Shown here: piece by piece, positions 1-13,474 of the stretch
How the letters are laid out: each line of letters begins with the position of its first letter
Numbering within the stretch: the first letter of the stretch is position 1
Origin: Vicugna vicugna
Taxonomy: Eukaryota
Direction of reading: 5' to 3'
Length of the DNA: 64,000 nucleotides
Assembly (NCBI GenBank): GCA_013265495.1
Contig: MU061579.1
Coordinates: 1,671,319 to 1,735,318, forward strand
The notes under the pieces: model-generated
What the model was told of the DNA's origin: nothing
The model's database searches: none
What the model saw: only the letters and a program-made list of their open reading frames with translations
Translations under genes and position numbers: made by a program

Positions 1-1469
1 GCTTCTTGTACTATACTGCAGTTAGCTTCTGAACTTCAGAAACCCTAGGCAGGGAAAATTTGTGTCAAGTGATGGATAGTGACACACGTGGTGAAAATCA
101 GCTACAGTGCAGTGTGTAGTCTGTATCACACTTTGATTGCCCTGTCACCTCCCACCTGCACAATCCCAGCACACAAGGCAAGAAGGGTTTTTTTTTTTCT
201 TTTTGGACCTTCAAGAATTAGGTTAGGCAAGGAAAGTTCCAGATTTTGAGGGGAAAAGGCAGTAAATGTTAGAAGCTAGCCTCCTAATATTCCTGATGCC
301 CATCTTCTGGGAGGTTGTTTGGATACTTAAGTGTTGATCACAGGCTACCAGGAGGGTAGCCAACATTTAATTCTGCTCTCTCTCCCCACAGTTAAGAGCG
401 GTGTCCAAGGACACATCAAATCATAAAAGCTTACCTCCTGAGCCCCTTCTGTAATCCTCTCTCTAGAAACATTTATGCGACCCCTCAAAATCCTAGGGCC
501 CCTATGCATAAATTCAGTGTTTGGGCTTAGGCTCTCCAAACTAGGGAGCTTAATCAGCAAGACTTGCGTCATTATTCAGACACTCTTCCCTCCGCTCTTT
601 TCATGCTCCACTGTGAACTGAATCTCTGACATCGTGTTTCACCCATACCCCAATCCCCAGCTTCAGTAATTGAGGTTCAGTTTATCTTCACGCAACAACA
701 TGACATCAGACAAAAGCACTACTTTCTTGCTTCGCTTGCTTCTGTTCGGGTTGCTCTTGTTCTCCACTCATCCCAGAGGAGGTGGTCTCCCTCCCCAGGA
801 TGTGGCCACAGAAACAAGTCACAAGAACACAACACCAGTTGCACAGAATTATTATAGGCACTAATTTCAAAAAGAGTAATCAGATTTCTCACATGAATGG
901 TGTGATTTCTTGATCTCTAAAAACAAACAAATAAACATAAAATGTGTACTCATACTAGAGAAGAGCCTTCTCCAACCTATTTGGGGACAAGAGCAGGTTT
1001 AGAGAATAGATTTCAGAAGATGTCAACAGGTAGTTTCCCACCCTCCATATACAGGTGAGTACTTCATTTGCATCCTGCCAAACTTAAGAGAAGATGGAGA
1101 GTTTTTTGGTTTTTTGTTTTAAGCCAGGAAAAACGTTTTAAAATGCCTGTGAGACATTCCTAATTCCTTATGGAATAGTCATTTTTTTCAGATGTGATTC
1201 TCTTTAAAATCTAGAGACATAAACCTAGTCTACATTAATCTGTGGGGCATTTTAAGATCTAGAGATTTCCTGAGAGCTTTCAGACTGCAAGGCTTAGAGA
1301 AAATAAGTTTTATATTGCTTTCTTGTGGTAAATTTTGCCATCCTGTAGATCATATATTAATCTCAATCTTTTGTCTTATAATAATTGTGAAATTATAGAT
1401 AAAATATAAGAAGGATTGAACAATGTAATATCATTTTAAAAAGATATCTATGATTAATTACCTATAACT

Positions 1470-1596
1470 AGGATGACCAGAGAAACCATAAAGCCTGGTG
1501 TACCTGGGAAAATCCTGTGGTTCTGGCTTAGTTATTAACAATACCCTCTTTCTTTCTCAAAGTCATGGTTAGGGTGATAAATTGTATAGCCATTCT
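1470..1596 (+). mobile_element. MER94-like hAT-Blackjack MITE (degraded)
   Basis: Begins AGGATGACCA and ends GATAAATTGTATAGCCATTCT, with an internal TTATTAACAATACCCTCTTTCTTTCTCAAA. This resembles the recalled MER94 consensus. A second copy is at 56288. Confidence 0.6.
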
Positions 1597-1924
1597 GCCT
1601 GTAACTCATTAAAACAAGTGTTCTCAGCCTCTATTCTCCATTATTTTTATTTTGGTTTTCTTCAGGAGTGAATTATCTTTTCTTTGTTTCTCTTTTGTCA
1701 GGTTTTTTTTTTCAGAAATATTAAAAGAGTTATTTAGTAATATTGCTGTTGAAATAAATTTATAGTCTTTGCTCTTTGAATTACTAGCATAGGCCTATCA
1801 TTTATATTCTAGTTTAGTAAAGAAACAAATGCTGAGCTGAAGATTACAATACAAATATTTAGTTTAGGCCAACTTGGCTTAATGTGAAAAATTAAGAAAA
1901 TGTATTAATGTTTTTCACTACATA

Positions 1925-2045
1925 TGTGTGTGTGTATATATACACACACACACAAATGTATGTGTGTGTGTGTGGAGAGAGAGAGACAGAGAGACAGAGA
2001 GACAAAGAAACAGAGACTGAGAGACAGAAAGATAGAGAGAAAAAG
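1925..2045. repeat. Compound microsatellite (TG)/(TA)/(CA)/(GA)
   Basis: Directly visible dinucleotide runs. Confidence 0.9.
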
Positions 2046-4134
2046 ACCAGGATACAAATATACTCACATATATATCCTAGAGGGAGTGGGAAAATATTGG
2101 TCTATATCTAAAAACATTTAGCACTACCTCTAAAAATATTTTCTTTTTTTCTTAATATTAAGAAGGCTCTTGGAATAAACAGCTTCAAAGCACAGCTTGA
2201 AATGGATCAATTGTAAGGAACAGAGTAGCACACTTATGTTACCACGCACAACTGTGAATAAGCTTCCAGACAGCTAAAATGTGTCATTTAGAAGGAATGT
2301 GTCTCATTTATCCATTGTTTGGAGTGATTGAAATACATTGCTCTCACCCAGCTCCTTGGCAAGTGTTTCAATTAAGTGGGTACAAAATTTATCCTAGTGC
2401 AGTGTTCTATTATTCTGCTCTGTAGTATATAATTGTATGTGACTTTGGACTTGTAGAGGCCCTCCTGTTGTGGGAAAAATAAAATAACACATCTCTTCTA
2501 AGGTAATAACCGTAACTTTTCTCAGTGGAAACTCTTGTTTGGTAAAAAGCCACTGATGCTGGAACCACAGGGCAATTATTTTCATCAATGTATTAGAAAA
2601 TAATGGGAAATGTATTCAGCTAGTGAAATTTGTAATCAGCAAAATATTAGTCTGTGCAAAACAGAAGCAAAATCACATGGAAGATGGCGCTATCTGATAT
2701 TTTTGGCATATAAATGATGTCTTTGTATTGGAGATGAATCAGAGGTAGACTAAAGATTATCTAGTACTCACAACTCCCACTGGCCTTGAAGTAGTAAGAA
2801 TTTAAACTAAAAAAAAAAAAAAAAAGATTTATCTTGTTTTTTTCCACGCTGTACAGTAACATAAATTTTGTGATGCACTCTAGTGTCCTGGGAGCCATTC
2901 AAACGAGGTTATAAGTTTACTGCTTCACTGGATGTTTTCAACCTATTACTTATGCTCCCTAAGTTTCTTATTTTCTTAACATGAGGAACTTAGAATGTTG
3001 GAGTAATGTGTGGTCAATTTTTAAAATCTAATTTATATTCTTTTAAAACTCATACCACACAAACACATACACACACACACACACAAGCAGGCACATGTAC
3101 ACACATGCACAGATCTTGGAAGCAGATCATGCAGTTTCATATGTATGAAAATATATCTTGCAGAAGGTAATAGTAGAAGGACGTTACACTGGAAATCAGC
3201 CTTGTCAACAGGCCAGCTTGTACTTGACTAACTCGGCTTCTTTTCTGAATCTTTATTTCCTCCCCATTAAAAAGAAAGAGTTTGTAAACATCTAAGTATT
3301 CTTCAATCTTTCTATTTGATCTAGGAATGATTTACATTTGAAAATAATGTATCACGTTAGGGTAACTCCTCTTGTTTCAGAACTTCTGATAAGTTTTGTC
3401 CATGGTATGTCTCACTTTTTTTTTTTTAATGCTTTTCAAGAAAATATCATGAAAGTTAACAGATTTTTGCAAAACTCAAACTTGAGTTTCACAGTACTAT
3501 ACTTTCCATGGGCAGGATGGTAAATCACTAACCAAATATTTTTACATTGTAATGATTATTCCTGGTAGTAAAATGGGAACTTACGAGCTCACCTAAATGA
3601 GATCTGAGGGTGAAACAGGGCACACGAAACAAGAAGCTGACACAACAGGAAGTCTTAGGGTCTGGTCCTCACTTTAAAAAGCAACTTCCACCACACTGCC
3701 AGCTGCTTTTGCTGGACATTTCTATAGCAAGCACTATTTATTATCAATAATTTATATTCTAAATTTAACTTCCATTTCACCATGTAGACTAAAAGTATCC
3801 TTATCATGGACTTCTAATTTTTATGATAGCTCTTATAAACTATCCTTTCCCACAAGCCTAGACATTTTCAGACTCAGATCGGATCAGGTATGAATTTTCT
3901 ATTTGTTTCAGGGGAAAACAAAATCTTTGTGGGATTGTTGGCCAAAGTCACGTAACACAACTTACAGAGTCAGAATGCCAACAATTGTTTTCAGTGATTT
4001 CAGAGCTGAGCCCACACTTTGGGCAGCTCTTATTTTTTAGTGCTTTGGCACTTTTCATATTAAATTTGAATACTTTGTTACTTTTCATATTGAGAGTATC
4101 CTTTAGAGATGCGAGAGTTTCTGTAAATTACAAT

Positions 4135-4580
4135 ATAATGGCCCAAATTCTTTATTCTTCTCTGTAGCTACACCCTTTAGAATCTGACTTTAAATCTTCT
4201 CCCATGCAGAGTCTATTTCTCCTCCGCCTGAATTTGGGTTGGCCGTGTGCTTTACTTTGGTCAATAGAATTTAAAGGAAGTAATGCCACGCTGCTTCCTA
4301 GGACTCAAAATGACTTACATGCTTCTGCTCAGTGTCTTGGAAACCTGAATTGCTGCCGTGGAAACAAGCTTGCACAAGCAAGCTGGAGGATGAGCGTCCT
4401 CTTGAAACAGAGGCCAAGCTAGACCAGCCCGCACCCAGCCCACCCAGCCCAGCAAACATTAGAAGACATGCCTAGCTGTTCCCACATCCTCCCCTCCAAA
4501 TTTCCTCCCCTTAGAATAGTAGTTATTTTAAGTCACTAAGGATTAGAGTGCTGTGTTACATAGCAAATGCTCACTGGTTT
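4135..4580 (+). mobile_element. MaLR LTR (MLT1F/G/H-like)
   Basis: MLT1 motifs GTGCTTTACTTTGGTCAATAGAAT and the 3' end GTTATTTTAAGTCACTAAG...TGTTACATAGCAA. Boundaries approximate. Confidence 0.7.
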
Positions 4581-6738
4581 TGGTTCAAGAAGATACATCG
4601 TTTCACTGGAAAACTTTGGGGGACATTAGCATACCTGATTTTACTTGTTTAATACGTGGAAATCTCTGCCTTTGATGGAATGGTGCTATAGAAAGGAGCC
4701 AAGATGTCAGAGGCAAAATCTTTGTATCCTGTGATGAGTGAAAATAGCTGAAATTGTTTGAGAAGGATTTTAGCCGTATCGGCATTGCGTTTAATGGTAG
4801 CATTCGGTAACTCCAGTAGCAGTGCAGGCATTTTTCAATGGAAAGGTAAGTTATTCTGAGTCTAGTGAGTATGCTTGTAGGTTTCCAGTTTACAGGATGG
4901 GAGGTTAAAAAAAAAAGACAATGGGGGCAGCATTCTTGCCATTCAAGAGAGTAATGGGTCAAAATTCATCAATATAAGGGAGATTTGCCAGGAATTTTCA
5001 GTGTTCTAAGGGGATCTTTATAATTCCTCTGTAAATCCCTACCGAACAAATCTATACTAGTTCTCTGCAAGACCTGTGGTAGGTTTCTACAATGCTCTTA
5101 AATGTCAATTTGGCATTGGAAACTGCTGTTTCACAGCAGAAATGGAAAGCGACCATCATAGTTATGTTGAGAAAAGTAATAATTTGCAACTCAAGGGAAG
5201 CTTAGACTTAAAAAAAAAAAAGACTTTCTCATGAGGTTTTAATTCAGATATCATTATTAAGGAGAATAGAGTATGCGCTGTAATAGAATTCAACAGCTTT
5301 CTCACTGAGCACTGCTTTCAAGTGTTCCAGCAAATGGATACAGTCATTATTCTATCAAAATAAACATTCATTGACTAATTATACAGTTCAGGACATAGCC
5401 CTGAGCTACTTTGCATAGTATAAAGTTAGCTTCTTTGAAGTCTCAAAAATATTTGCTTTGTTTCAGACCTTCTGTGCTTATGTCGGTGAGTCACTAACTC
5501 TGGTTCTGGCTGAACATGATAAATTTCAGCTGGAAAAAGGCATAAGCAAGAATGTATCATGGATGCTCTTCGTGACATTAGAGACATTGCCATTACTACT
5601 ATGTTTCTCATGTTAGTTTCTTAGAAATATTTGAAGTCTATTGAATATTTGAAACCTATTTGAAGTCTCCAAATGATTGTCCATTTCCATGATATTCTGT
5701 TCATTCAGAATTTATTCATACTACAATGCTCAATATCTAGAGAGAAAGCCCCACATGTAAATCTATATATATATTCATTTATAAACAAATATATAAGTGT
5801 TTGTTTATAAATCAAATGTGCTCCTAGTGTCTCACTGAAATTAATTCCAATATTAGCACATTTAGATTTAATAAAACATTACTGTGAGTTCTTGATAAAT
5901 GTTTTTCACTAATTCATTTTGAGAACATTGGTATTTAGTTAAGTACACAAAATAAGATTTTTTATAAAATATGTAAAATATATGAAAACACACAATACTA
6001 GTTTTTCAGGAGAGTTTGAAAATAATCTTATAATGGTAACAACTGTTAGTATTATCCATTGGTAAGGTAAATTAATTCAGCATTTTGTGTCCATTTTTGT
6101 TCACAAATACATAAGCAGAACAATTTATGTACTTATTCATACTAAATTAGCTTCTCATATCATATTATTTTCCTTACATGATATTCATGGCATTTAAATT
6201 AGCTCTTTTTAACAGTAATAGCCATTAATATGAAAGTATTTCTTCTTTTAAATCAATTATGAATCCTTATAGTATGTTAGCTGAGTCAAATTAAAACACA
6301 CACCCATAAACACACACATTTAAAACACACACCCACATACACACACGCGAAATGATTCAATTCAATATCCTTTCATAGCTCGATCTGCTCCATGTATAGG
6401 ACCTGGAAAAGTGATATTTTGAATGTATCAGGGTATCTATTTCCCCATATCTCTTTTCTCTCACTAGAGCATTTTTGTTCTTGCATGGACATCCAAATAC
6501 TATACTAAATAATTTAAAATATCTTGGGGACAAGAACTAACAGATACAGAACAAAAAAAGGAGGCAAGAAGATGTTCCTGCATTAGCTGGAGGCCACATC
6601 CATGAGGCTTGCAGAGGTCATTGTCAGCGATGTTCTGAGAAAGCAGGAGAAGGGAGGAGGCATGGAGGAAAACATGAAAAGCTGAAGTATATTTGGTGAC
6701 AAAGAGAAAGCTAGAGAACAGTTACCTCATTCACTTCT

Positions 6739-7082
6739 TTTTTTTTTAATTTTATTTTGAGTTATAGGTCAGTTTACAATGTTGTGTCAATTTCCAGTGT
6801 AGAGCACAGTTTTTCAGTTATACATGAACATACATATATTCATTGTTGCATACTTTTTCACCATGAGCTATCACAAGATCTTGTATATTTTTCCCTGTGC
6901 TGTACAGTATAATCTTGTTTATCTATTCTATATATACGTGTCAGTGTATACAAATTTCGAACTCTCAGTCTGTCCCTTCCCATCCCCCTCACCCTGGCAA
7001 CCAAGTTTGTATTCTATGTCTATGAGTCTGTTTCTGTTTTGTATTTATGTTCATTTGTCTTTTTCTTTTTTTTTCTTTTTTC
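6739..7082 (-). mobile_element. 5'-truncated L1 3' UTR fragment (artiodactyl/camelid type)
   Basis: Poly-T tail, then TCAGTTTACAATGTTGTGTCAATTTCCAGTGTA... similar to 31070-31370. Flanked by an imperfect TSD CCTCATTCACTTCT (6725-6738) / CCTCATCCATTTCT (7083-7096). Confidence 0.85.
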
Positions 7083-8304
7083 CCTCATCCATTTCTCATT
7101 GTCTATACTATAGCTCTTCTTCCCGTAAGGACCAGCTGAGTTTTGTAACCATTCAATAACAAAACTATTCAAATAAACTATTTGAAGCAGCCAATCTTCT
7201 GAAACTAGTGTGAAAAAAAAGGTAGCTTTTAACAGATAGTCAGATTTTATTGTAAGTGGGTCATTTTGTTGAAAAATGGTTGATTTAAATATATGTATGT
7301 GTATATATATCAAGAAAAATATATATTCACAAACAAGAAGTAATTGATTGGATAATTCTCTGCATATTTGAATTATCTATAGCAATGCCCCCTCTACTTT
7401 AATGTCAGTTATCGAGTGTTGATTCCATTTTCAGACAGTAAACAATTTTGACAATGCTATCTATGATGGAATGTAGAAATGAATCAATACTTTTCAAAGG
7501 AAAAAATCTCATTGTTAGCAAAACAAGCTTATTAAGCCTAAGGTTATTTCCTGTTGCTTTCAACTTTTGAAAAATGCTAACACTGCCAACTAGACCTTCC
7601 TGTAAAATTGGAAACAGACTGGTTATAGATATATAAGCCGGTGTTACTGTGTCAGCAATTTCTAAATCTGTATGGGTGCTTTCATTCCAAGTATAATCAA
7701 GGCCAATCCTGTACCAGCCAACACATCTCGGAAATGTTGTACAAAAAAACTTATGGGTATATCGATAATGATTTGCCCGTGCCCTTTACAGTACAAAGAA
7801 TCTCTTAGGAAGCAAAATGTACAGCTGCTTCAGTGAGAGGATACAGGATTATTCAATCCAAAGTACTCATTTATAAAGTGCAATTCTAGACTGAAAATAC
7901 AGATACAAGAAAGTGGTCATCATCTAGTTGTATGTTAATTCATTTATTTATCTTTGTAATTATGAGTAAGAAGCAAGATATCTATTAAGTGCTTACTGTT
8001 TGTAAAGTATTCTTAAAAGGAAATTCTATCATTAAAGCTTTCTAGTCTACTAGGAAAAACCTTATAAATACATAAATAAATATAATTTATATTAGATAAT
8101 TTAAGTCATCTAAGAGGGATACAGTGAAATAAACATTATGTTAAGCTAGATTGTATGGTGGTAATAAATTACTTGAAATCTAAGTTATATAAAACAACAA
8201 AGATTCTCATTTCCCCTGAGGGCCAGCTGGGAGCTATTTTTAATCCAATTCCAGGACCCAGGCTTACAGAAAACCTACCCTTAGCACCATTACCTGTGGT
8301 AACC

Positions 8305-8432
8305 AAAAAGAAAGAAAAGAAAAGAAAAGAAAAGAAAAGAAAAGAAAAGAAAAGAAAAGAAAAGAAAAGAAAAGAAAAGAAAAGAAAAGAAAAGAAGGAA
8401 GGAAAGAAAGGAAGAAAGAAAGAAAGAGAGAA
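8305..8432. repeat. (AAAAG)n pentanucleotide microsatellite grading into GAAA/GGAA
   Basis: About 16 perfect AAAAG units at 8314-8396, with degenerate flanks. Confidence 0.97.
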
Positions 8433-8794
8433 AACAAACTGTGGAAATTACTGAGTTGTTGCTAAATAATCTGCCCCAGAAAAGAAACAGTCTCTTTTGT
8501 GGATCTTGCCCTCAAATAGTCACAGGAACTCTTGTAACCACAGAGCTACAGAAACAGAAAGTTCAGGCTTTCGTGCACTGGGAGGCTAATAGAATTAATT
8601 ATTAAACATAAACAACTAAGCAGAAATGCAATGACGACAAGTTGCACTTGATCTGATCTTCAAAGGTGAACAAGAATTTGCACACATGGATTTGGAGAAA
8701 AAGCTTTTCCAGGCAGAATGTACATCATGGGTACAGGAGGCATACTGTGTTCCGAGAACTTCCGAGAGCATCACTCAACCAGTTACATGTCTGA

Positions 8795-9165
8795 TGCTAA
8801 AGAAAAATTGCACTGGACATTTGTGAAAGTTGGCAGGGTAGATTTCATTCAAACCACTGCAGTAAGGGAGAGATTCCGCTATAATATGAGCTCAGCTCAA
8901 CTAAGACAAGATGACTTAAGGGAAAACATAGAGGCCACAAAAGGGGCTACAGGGAAAATGGAAAATTACAGAGGGGTGATAATGGAAAACTAGTGCAAAT
9001 GGTTTGGCATTAGGGGTTGGGGCAATGTGCATTTGGTGGTTTGTCAGCATTGCATCATTTTGAGCAAAAACTCAGCACTGGGGCTGGGGTCATCTTTAGG
9101 GACACAGGCTAGTGCAGGCGGAGGCCAGGCTAAATTTGGTGAAGTCTCAGCTCAGTGTTTGAACA
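8795..9165 (-). mobile_element. ERV1-type solo LTR (MER31/MER67-like)
   Basis: Begins TGCTAAAGAAAAA, carries GATTTCATTCA (degenerate reverse poly(A) signal), and ends GGCTAAATTTGGTGAAG...GTTTGAACA, giving TG...CA termini. Confidence 0.55.
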
Positions 9166-9448
9166 AATTCTCTAGGCCATGAGGGAGTTTATAGCTCACT
9201 CTGATAAGGACAAAAAGCCTGCAAAATGTAGGGATCAGATCATAAAGTAACGGTGCCTATTTAATACTTGAGGACTTTCATAAAAATTTGGAGGAGAGGA
9301 GAGTCATGGGGTTTGAATTTGGATTTAGGAAGGTTGATATGATGACTTTCATGTGATGAGTTAGAAGAGAAATGAAACCAGAAGGAGAACGACCAATTTG
9401 GATGTTAATAAAATCTATGGGAGGGATTATTAGGAAACGAATGGGGTA

Positions 9449-10222
9449 CTGTCTTAGGAAAAACCCGTTGCTCACTGCTTTCCTTTACTCTCACACACAA
9501 CACTTTTGACACCAGAGATGTAGGGTTTTTCCCACACAGACCAATTCTCCAATACCAGCCGGATACCCCACAATTCAATTCAGTTCTGACACTAAGCAGA
9601 GTAAGCACAGGCAGACTCCACAGATTAAAAGCCCCATCCCACAAGACTGCCCCCACTCCAGACTTAATCACAAACAGTAAGTCCTCATCTTACCCATAGG
9701 TTCTGTCAGATGTGGGTAAAAAGCGCATGTTTCCACATTCCCCAACACGGGTTCAATAATTTGCTATAGAGTAGATCACAGAACACAGGAAAATGGTTTA
9801 CATACAATTGCTAATGTATTACACAGGATATTTTAAAGACACAAATGAACAGCCAAATGAAGAGATACACAGGGTGACGTCCAGAGCCTCTTTTTCCCTT
9901 CGAGTTGACATATGCCATCCTCTAGACAATCAGCAACAGAAGCTCTCCAAAGCCTGCACTTGAGGGATTTTAATGACGGTTTCATCACATAGGCATGATC
10001 AATTATTAAATCTTTTTCCAGCCCTCTACCCTTCTCTGGAAGATGAGGGCTAGGGCTGAAAAGTTCTAAGTTTCTAAAGATGGCTGGTCTTTCTAGTGGT
10101 GAATCGCTCCCCTATTCAGAAGCCACCATGAGTCACCTCATTAAGACAAAGATGCTCTAATCATCCAGAAAGTCCATGGCATTTAGGAGCTCCGTGTCCG
10201 AAACTAGGGCCAAAGATCAAAA
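9449..10222 (-). mobile_element. ERVL LTR (MER21-like)
   Basis: Typical MER21 motifs ACAATTCAATTCAGTTCTGACAC, CCCACAAGACTGCCCCCACT, AATGAACAGCCAAATGAAGAGATACACAGGG and GAGTCACCTCATT...TTTAGGAGCTC. Confidence 0.85.
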
Positions 10223-10489
10223 ATGAGTAGGAATTAGTGGCAGATATTTTTTAATTTTTAGCACGTAAAAAACCTGAGATATCATGTAATTAAAATGATA
10301 ATGATTTGGGGGACGAGGGAAAGGGGACAAATCAAGGAGAACTTGAAATTTCTGAGCCTGCATAATTGGTAGAAATGGTTGTAATATCATCATGAGAACT
10401 AAGGAAAAGAGCAAGAGGCTCAGGTGTGAAAGTAATTTCTGTGCTGTGAATTAATTTTAAACTTTCTGCCTTTCCTCGTTTCTTTGTGA

Positions 10490-10870
10490 TCAGAGCCGCC
10501 CGTTTTTGTTTCCTTGCTCTGTGCAGTATTACAGAAGAAATGACTGATATCCTCAGGTCTGTGGGCACTGTCTCCAGCTGTACCTCATCTGTGGATTCAG
10601 CTCCCACCACACAGACCTGTGGGATTCCAGCTCTGGGTGGGTGAGTCCATCCCCTGGGCCCTGGTACCACCGCTTCTTCCCCTTGTCTCTCCAGCCTGGT
10701 GGTTCTAGTGCCTCCTGGGTTTGGCATGTAATCAGCAGATCGCTTCCTTGTTCCTTGTTGGCTTCTCAGCTCGCTCCTGCGCTTTGTGAAAATTTCACTT
10801 CATTAAATTCCCCCAGTTTGAAATGACAGGCTGGTTTCTGTCTTCCTGGTTGGACTTTGAAATTCCACCT
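10490..10870 (+). mobile_element. ERVL LTR (LTR33-like)
   Basis: 3' end CATTAAATTCCCC...TTTGAAA...TGGTTTCTGTCTTCCTGGTTGGAC resembles LTR33-family ends. Confidence 0.6.
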
Positions 10871-12099
10871 CTAAACAAGCTCTGAAAACGAAACCATAGA
10901 CTGTAACAGTGGTTCATAATATATATGTGTGTGTGTGTGTGTGGGTGTGCGTATGTGTATCAGAGATGGGAGAAGAAGGGACTGAACAGAGGAGACCACA
11001 GATCCATTTTGGAGTCTGAGGGCAGCTCTAGACCCCTCCATTAGCTGGCGTGGGGTCCATAGCTGTTTATATATGAATATATATGAATACACATACACAC
11101 ACAGATAGACTGACAGACATATACTCACAACAGTTTTCAACATAATTAGAAAGTCTCACTGAATGGTGATCCACGCACCTCTACTTAATAGTCCTTGTAA
11201 TTATTAAGAAAGATTTAAATATCTTGAAAATAAGTCTATATTTTATTATGTTAAACATATTAAAAATACATGTTATAAAATAACAATAATGCTATTATAT
11301 GTATTATAAAACTTATAGGATTTTAATATTACCATTGTAAGATCACAGAAACACAAAATATCAACATGTAGAAGGAAAAGTCAAGATCACCCAGTCCAAC
11401 TTCATTTTTCAGAAGAGAAAATGATGTCCACATTTGTGAAAAGACATGCCGTAACTCCTGAGTGGGTTAGTGAATGAGAGAGACGTAGCTGATGCCAAGA
11501 TCTTTAAATTTCTCATGAACATTTCCAGGTCAAAATATGGCAGCTAATGGCTTCTTGTTTTAGAAATATAACAGTGCAAAGAGCTCTCAGTGTCCTGGCA
11601 GAGTTGATGGATACACACAAGGGCATGAAGGGATCCTTGACATTTTGCAGATTCTTAGGTCAAGATAACAGTGCACACCTGTAGCACAGTGTCATCTGCT
11701 GCTCCCCCAGTGTGGAAGAACACTTACTCTTTGCTCTATGAAATTATCTCCTCAGAGGCTGCCTTCTCTCAAGGTCTTCTCTTGAGGCACAAAAGTAATG
11801 AAAGAGCAACTGATTCCATGTATCAGGGTGGGTGGTCGAGGAGAGAGAGGAGAAAGAATTGTACAAAAGGGAACAGATTTTGTCACGGGTCTCCTACATA
11901 CAAGGGGAGAAATTAAAATTGCCACTGACTATTGCAGGTTTTAGTCCTAATTTATTTAATTTGATAGCTGCTTTAATTATCCACACTGTTTAAATTTACT
12001 AGGTAATGTGGCATGAGAACATAACACTGGACCAGAGGTTCAAATATGTGGTTATATTTGAGATTACTGAATTACTGAATTATTCTAAGTTAAATTCAT

Positions 12100-12430
12100 G
12101 CTATTACCTCTTCTTCACCTCATCTTCTCGATGAACTCTTACTCAGTCTTTAAAATCCAGCTTAATTCTCATCTCAACTAAGATATATGCCTTGACATTT
12201 TGTGCTGAGCTCTGCTCCCTTCTTTCACACCCGCACAATGCCTTGTGTGCACCTCTGCTCTTGCACTCATGACAGAGTTCCGTGGTCACCACCTCCTTGT
12301 CTGTTTTCCTTACCATGATGTAAGTCACACCGGTTTGGGGCTAAGTTTTATTCATATCTGTGTCCCCAACATATTACGTAGTGTTTTTCACACAGTGAAC
12401 TTCAGTAAGTACATATTAAGTGACTTAATA
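12100..12430 (+). mobile_element. L2 3' fragment
   Basis: Degenerate L2 terminus TTTTATTCATATCTGTGTCCCCAACA...CACACAGT...CAGTAAGTACAT. Confidence 0.5.
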
Positions 12431-13109
12431 AAATGATAAAAGGATAATTGAAGGGCTTTGAGCAGAGGAATAGAGTAGCCTAATATGGTTCTTCAATTTT
12501 ATTATTGAAATTAGCCTACTGTTTACTTTGACAATGTACATTCATACTGATCCATTTTCTCCCTTTTATACAGGGCCCATGTATGTCTACCATCATACGG
12601 TATTTCTTCAAAGGTTTTAAATCTATTCCATCAAATATTATTTTAAAATATCCCAGGATATTTTTTATATCTTTCTGCCATTTTTCTCATTTAGGTTCAT
12701 CCCAGGGAGCAGTCTGATCACTATAGGGGCTACAATTAATAACATAGCAAGTAGTTTGATGTGAAGGAAGAGACATTCTTCCTAATGATACCGTTTTTTT
12801 TTTTAACTTCAAGCACTAATCACAGTAGTTTGTTTTTGAAGACTCTTTTATCATGTTCTTCATTAAGATTTCAGTCCTTAACATCAGCCCTAAATTCTAG
12901 ACCTCCATTTGTGCACGTACAAGTCTAACTTCCACCTGCTTGTCTGTCTCTTCTGGTCTCACTACCATGTATCATTGGCCAGTAAGTGTGTGTCTCCTGT
13001 TCTGCCCTCTTCTCTCTCTTCCTCCCTCTCTCTCTCTGTCTCTCTCTCCCTCTTTCTCTCTCTCTACCTATTCCCCACTTCTCTCTCTCCTCTTACATCT
13101 CTAGAGAGA

Positions 13110-13137
13110 TATCTATCTATCTATCTATCTATCTATC
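13110..13137. repeat. (ATCT)n tetranucleotide microsatellite following a CT-rich tract
   Basis: Directly visible. Confidence 0.9.
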
Positions 13138-13474
13138 CAGTCAGCCTTTCATATGACCAGGTTCTACATCCGCAGATCAAAAATATTTACAATAAAAACT
13201 TCCAGAAAATTCCAGAAAGTAAAATATGAATGTGCCCTGCTTGGACAACTGTTTACACAGCATTTACATTGTATTTACAACTGTTTACATAGCATTTACA
13301 TTGTATTAAGTATCATAAGTAATCTAGAGATGATTTAAGGTGTATGAGAGGATGTGTGTAGGTTACGTGCAAATACTATGCCAATTTATGTAAGGCACTT
13401 GAGCTTTTGAGGATTTTGGTGCCCACAGGAATCCTGGTACCAATAACTTCCCTACAGATATTGAAGGACACCAG
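13138..13474. mobile_element. MER2-like Tigger (TcMar) non-autonomous element
   Basis: Diagnostic core CATTTACATTGTATTAAGTATCATAAGTAATCTAGAGATGATTTAAGG...GCAAATACTATGCCA, with degenerate CAGTC...G termini. Confidence 0.9.

Noticed and set aside
2681..2692. AAGATGGCGC YY1/CTCF-like motif
   Set aside because: An isolated short motif with no supporting context.
4603..4962. Minus-strand ORFs of 119 and 60 aa
   Set aside because: No recognisable homology and no convincing splice-site pair.
8293..8450. CTGTGG-AA on both sides of the AAAAG repeat as a TSD of a tail-only retroposon
   Set aside because: The match is too short and degenerate to distinguish from chance.
8155..8454. 99-aa Lys/Arg/Glu-rich ORF
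   Set aside because: It is a translation of the (AAAAG)n microsatellite.
13245..13307. ~32-bp tandem repeat ACAACTGTTTACA(C/T)AGCATTTACATTGTATT
   Set aside because: As I recall it is a normal feature of this MER2-like subfamily. Two adjacent units with no spacers, so not CRISPR-like.
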